A stretch of DNA of 62,994 bases, filler included, from Octopus bimaculoides (Eukaryota), in the NCBI RefSeq assembly GCF_001194135.2. It is 5 parts of 4 records of this genome, joined end to end, with 100 filler letters (N's around TTAATTAATTAA, not from the genome) between each part and the next. Parts side by side here need not be neighbours in the genome. Positions count along the whole stretch, not along the records: positions 60,368 to 62,994 come from NC_068996.1; 4 more parts are not named here. One strand, given 5' to 3'. The notes beneath the pieces are model-generated. The model made no database searches. It had not been told where the DNA came from and saw only the letters and a list, made by a program, of their open reading frames with translations. Shown here one piece after another: positions 61,227-62,994 of the stretch (its first letter is position 1; each line of letters opens with the position of its first letter). The position numbers and the translations under genes were made by a program.

Positions 61227-61286
61227 CATATATGTATGTATATAGGCCAGGAATACAAGCCAACACACACACATACACACATATTA

Positions 61287-61322
<36 letters not shown>

Positions 61323-62470
61323 AATATGTGTGTGTCTATGTGTATACACACACACATACTCATACACATTTATGTATATCTGTCAACTTCTGTCTTTTAC
61401 TTGTTTCAGTTATTAGATTGTGGCCATGCTGGGGTACTGCCTTAAAGGGTTTTGGCAAGGTGCTTGTTCTTTTAAGCCTGGAACTTAATCCACAGGGCTT
61501 TTTCACTGAACTTCTAAATTACAGCCAACGCCAGTTGTGAAGCAGTGGTGGAGGACAAACACAAAGTCACACACACACACACACAAAACCACGTTTATAT
61601 ATATACATACATACACATACACACACATATGCGCAGGAATGGCTGTGTGGTAAGTAGCTTGCTTACCAGCCACATGCTTCCGAGTTCAGTCCCACTGCGT
61701 GGCACCTTGGGCAAGTGTCTTCTACTATAGCCTCGGGCCGACCAAAGCCTTGTGAATGGATTTGGTAGACGGAAACTGAAAGAAACCCGTCGTATATGGC
61801 CGCAGTCAAATGACTGAAACAAATAAAAGAGTAAAAGAGTATACATACATATATACATACATACATATATACATACATACTTATAACAGGTTTCTTTAAG
61901 TATCTTTTTTATGAAATTCACTCACATGACTTTGGTTGTCCTGGGGCTGTAGCAGAAGACACATGCCTGAGGTGTCATACAGTAAGACTGAGCCTGGAAC
62001 CATATCGTTTGGACGCACACTTCTCATCACAAAGCTGCAATAAAAATAATCATAATTTAAAATAAACTTTTCTCACATCTTGTAACCAGTTTTATATCTT
62101 AAATGTAATTAGAACTCATATACATGTACACCCATTCATATACATTCCAGTTATATACATTCTCACACAAATACAATAATGTAAGACAAACTAATTAATT
62201 ATTCATTTGATTATATAATTAGCAACTTTATATGTAAATGCAATTGAAATTATGTGGCATAGCATTCGAGTCACAACTGTGGCTGGCTGGTAATAAGTTT
62301 GCTCCACAGCCATATCGTCATGGCTTCAGTGCCACTGCAATGCACCCTGGGCGAGTGTCTTCTGCTACAGCTCCAGGTTGATCAAAACCTTGAGGATGGA
62401 TTTGGTGGACGGAAACTGAAAAGAGACCACAGTGTGTATGTGTGTGTGTGCATTTGTTTGTTTGGGTGCG
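60425..62470. mobile_element. SINE A cluster: 60425-60570(-), 60900-60939(+), 61388-61580(-), 61631-61840(+, internally deleted), 61885-62037(-), 62275-62470(+)
   Basis: A-family blocks in each. 61631-61840 has A-box TGGCTGTGTGG and B-box GAGTTCAGTCCC. Confidence 0.85.
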
Positions 62471-62550
62471 GGGTGTGTGTGTGTGTGTTTGTATTTTTCA
62501 TCTAGTAATCAATACTGATGGGGTTCTTTTCTAAAAGGGATATTTCTATA

Positions 62551-62593
<43 letters not shown>

Positions 62594-62596
<3 letters not shown>

Positions 62597-62994
62597 TGTG
62601 GCAAGTAGCTTGCTTATGAACCACATGGTTCTGGGCTCAGTCCCACTGTGTGGTACCTTGGACAAGTGTCTTCTATTATAGCCTCGGGCCGACCAAAGCC
62701 TTGTGAGTGGATTTAGTAGACAGAAACTGAAAGAAGCCCATTGTATATATGTATATATGTATGTGTGTGTATATGATTGTGTGTCTGTGTTTGTCCCCCC
62801 AACATTGCTTGACAACCGATGCTGGTGTGTTTACGTCCCTGTATCTTAGCGGTTCGGCAAAAGAGACCGATAGAATAAGTACTAGGCTTACAAAGAATAA
62901 GTCCTAGGGTCGATTTGCTTGACTAAAGGCGGTGCTCCAGCATGGCCACAGTCAAATGACTGAAACAAGTAAAAGGGTTTTTAAAAGAGTTAGC
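62594..62994 (+). mobile_element. SINE family A, near full length
   Basis: tRNA-like head, CCTTGGACAAGTGTCTTCTA block, internal (TA/TG)n, CCGATAGAATAAGTACTAG, and tail CAGTCAAATGACTGAAACAAGTAAAAG. Confidence 0.95.

Noticed and set aside
61631-61700. tRNA-like A and B boxes (here and in other SINE heads)
   Set aside because: They continue into SINE bodies and lack a full cloverleaf. These are SINE heads, not tRNA genes.

Overview
AT-rich, repeat-saturated, gappy eukaryotic genomic DNA. The SINE families, microsatellite load and 44N-TTAATTAATTAA-44N spacers point to a coleoid cephalopod, probably an Octopus draft assembly (inference, not database-checked). No host protein-coding gene, rRNA, true tRNA or CRISPR array can be confidently identified. 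Almost all long ORFs in the track are microsatellite or N-gap artefacts, and only a few low-confidence candidate exons remain. The window holds about 50 copies or fragments of tRNA-derived SINEs in three groups (here called A, B and C). It also holds three Tc1/mariner-superfamily transposase relics, a decayed Penelope-like element (RT plus GIY-YIG), 3' ends of R4/Dong-like RLE LINEs, probable non-autonomous Helitrons and a fold-back MITE pair. The most interesting signal is a set of at least five hammerhead-ribozyme-like motifs from several repeat families. The best one (58045-58095, minus) keeps stems II and III and a GUA cleavage triplet. Other observations: a TSD-flanked SINE dimer, a module shared between SINE families, an internal SINE inversion, and close inverted SINE pairs that could form dsRNA.
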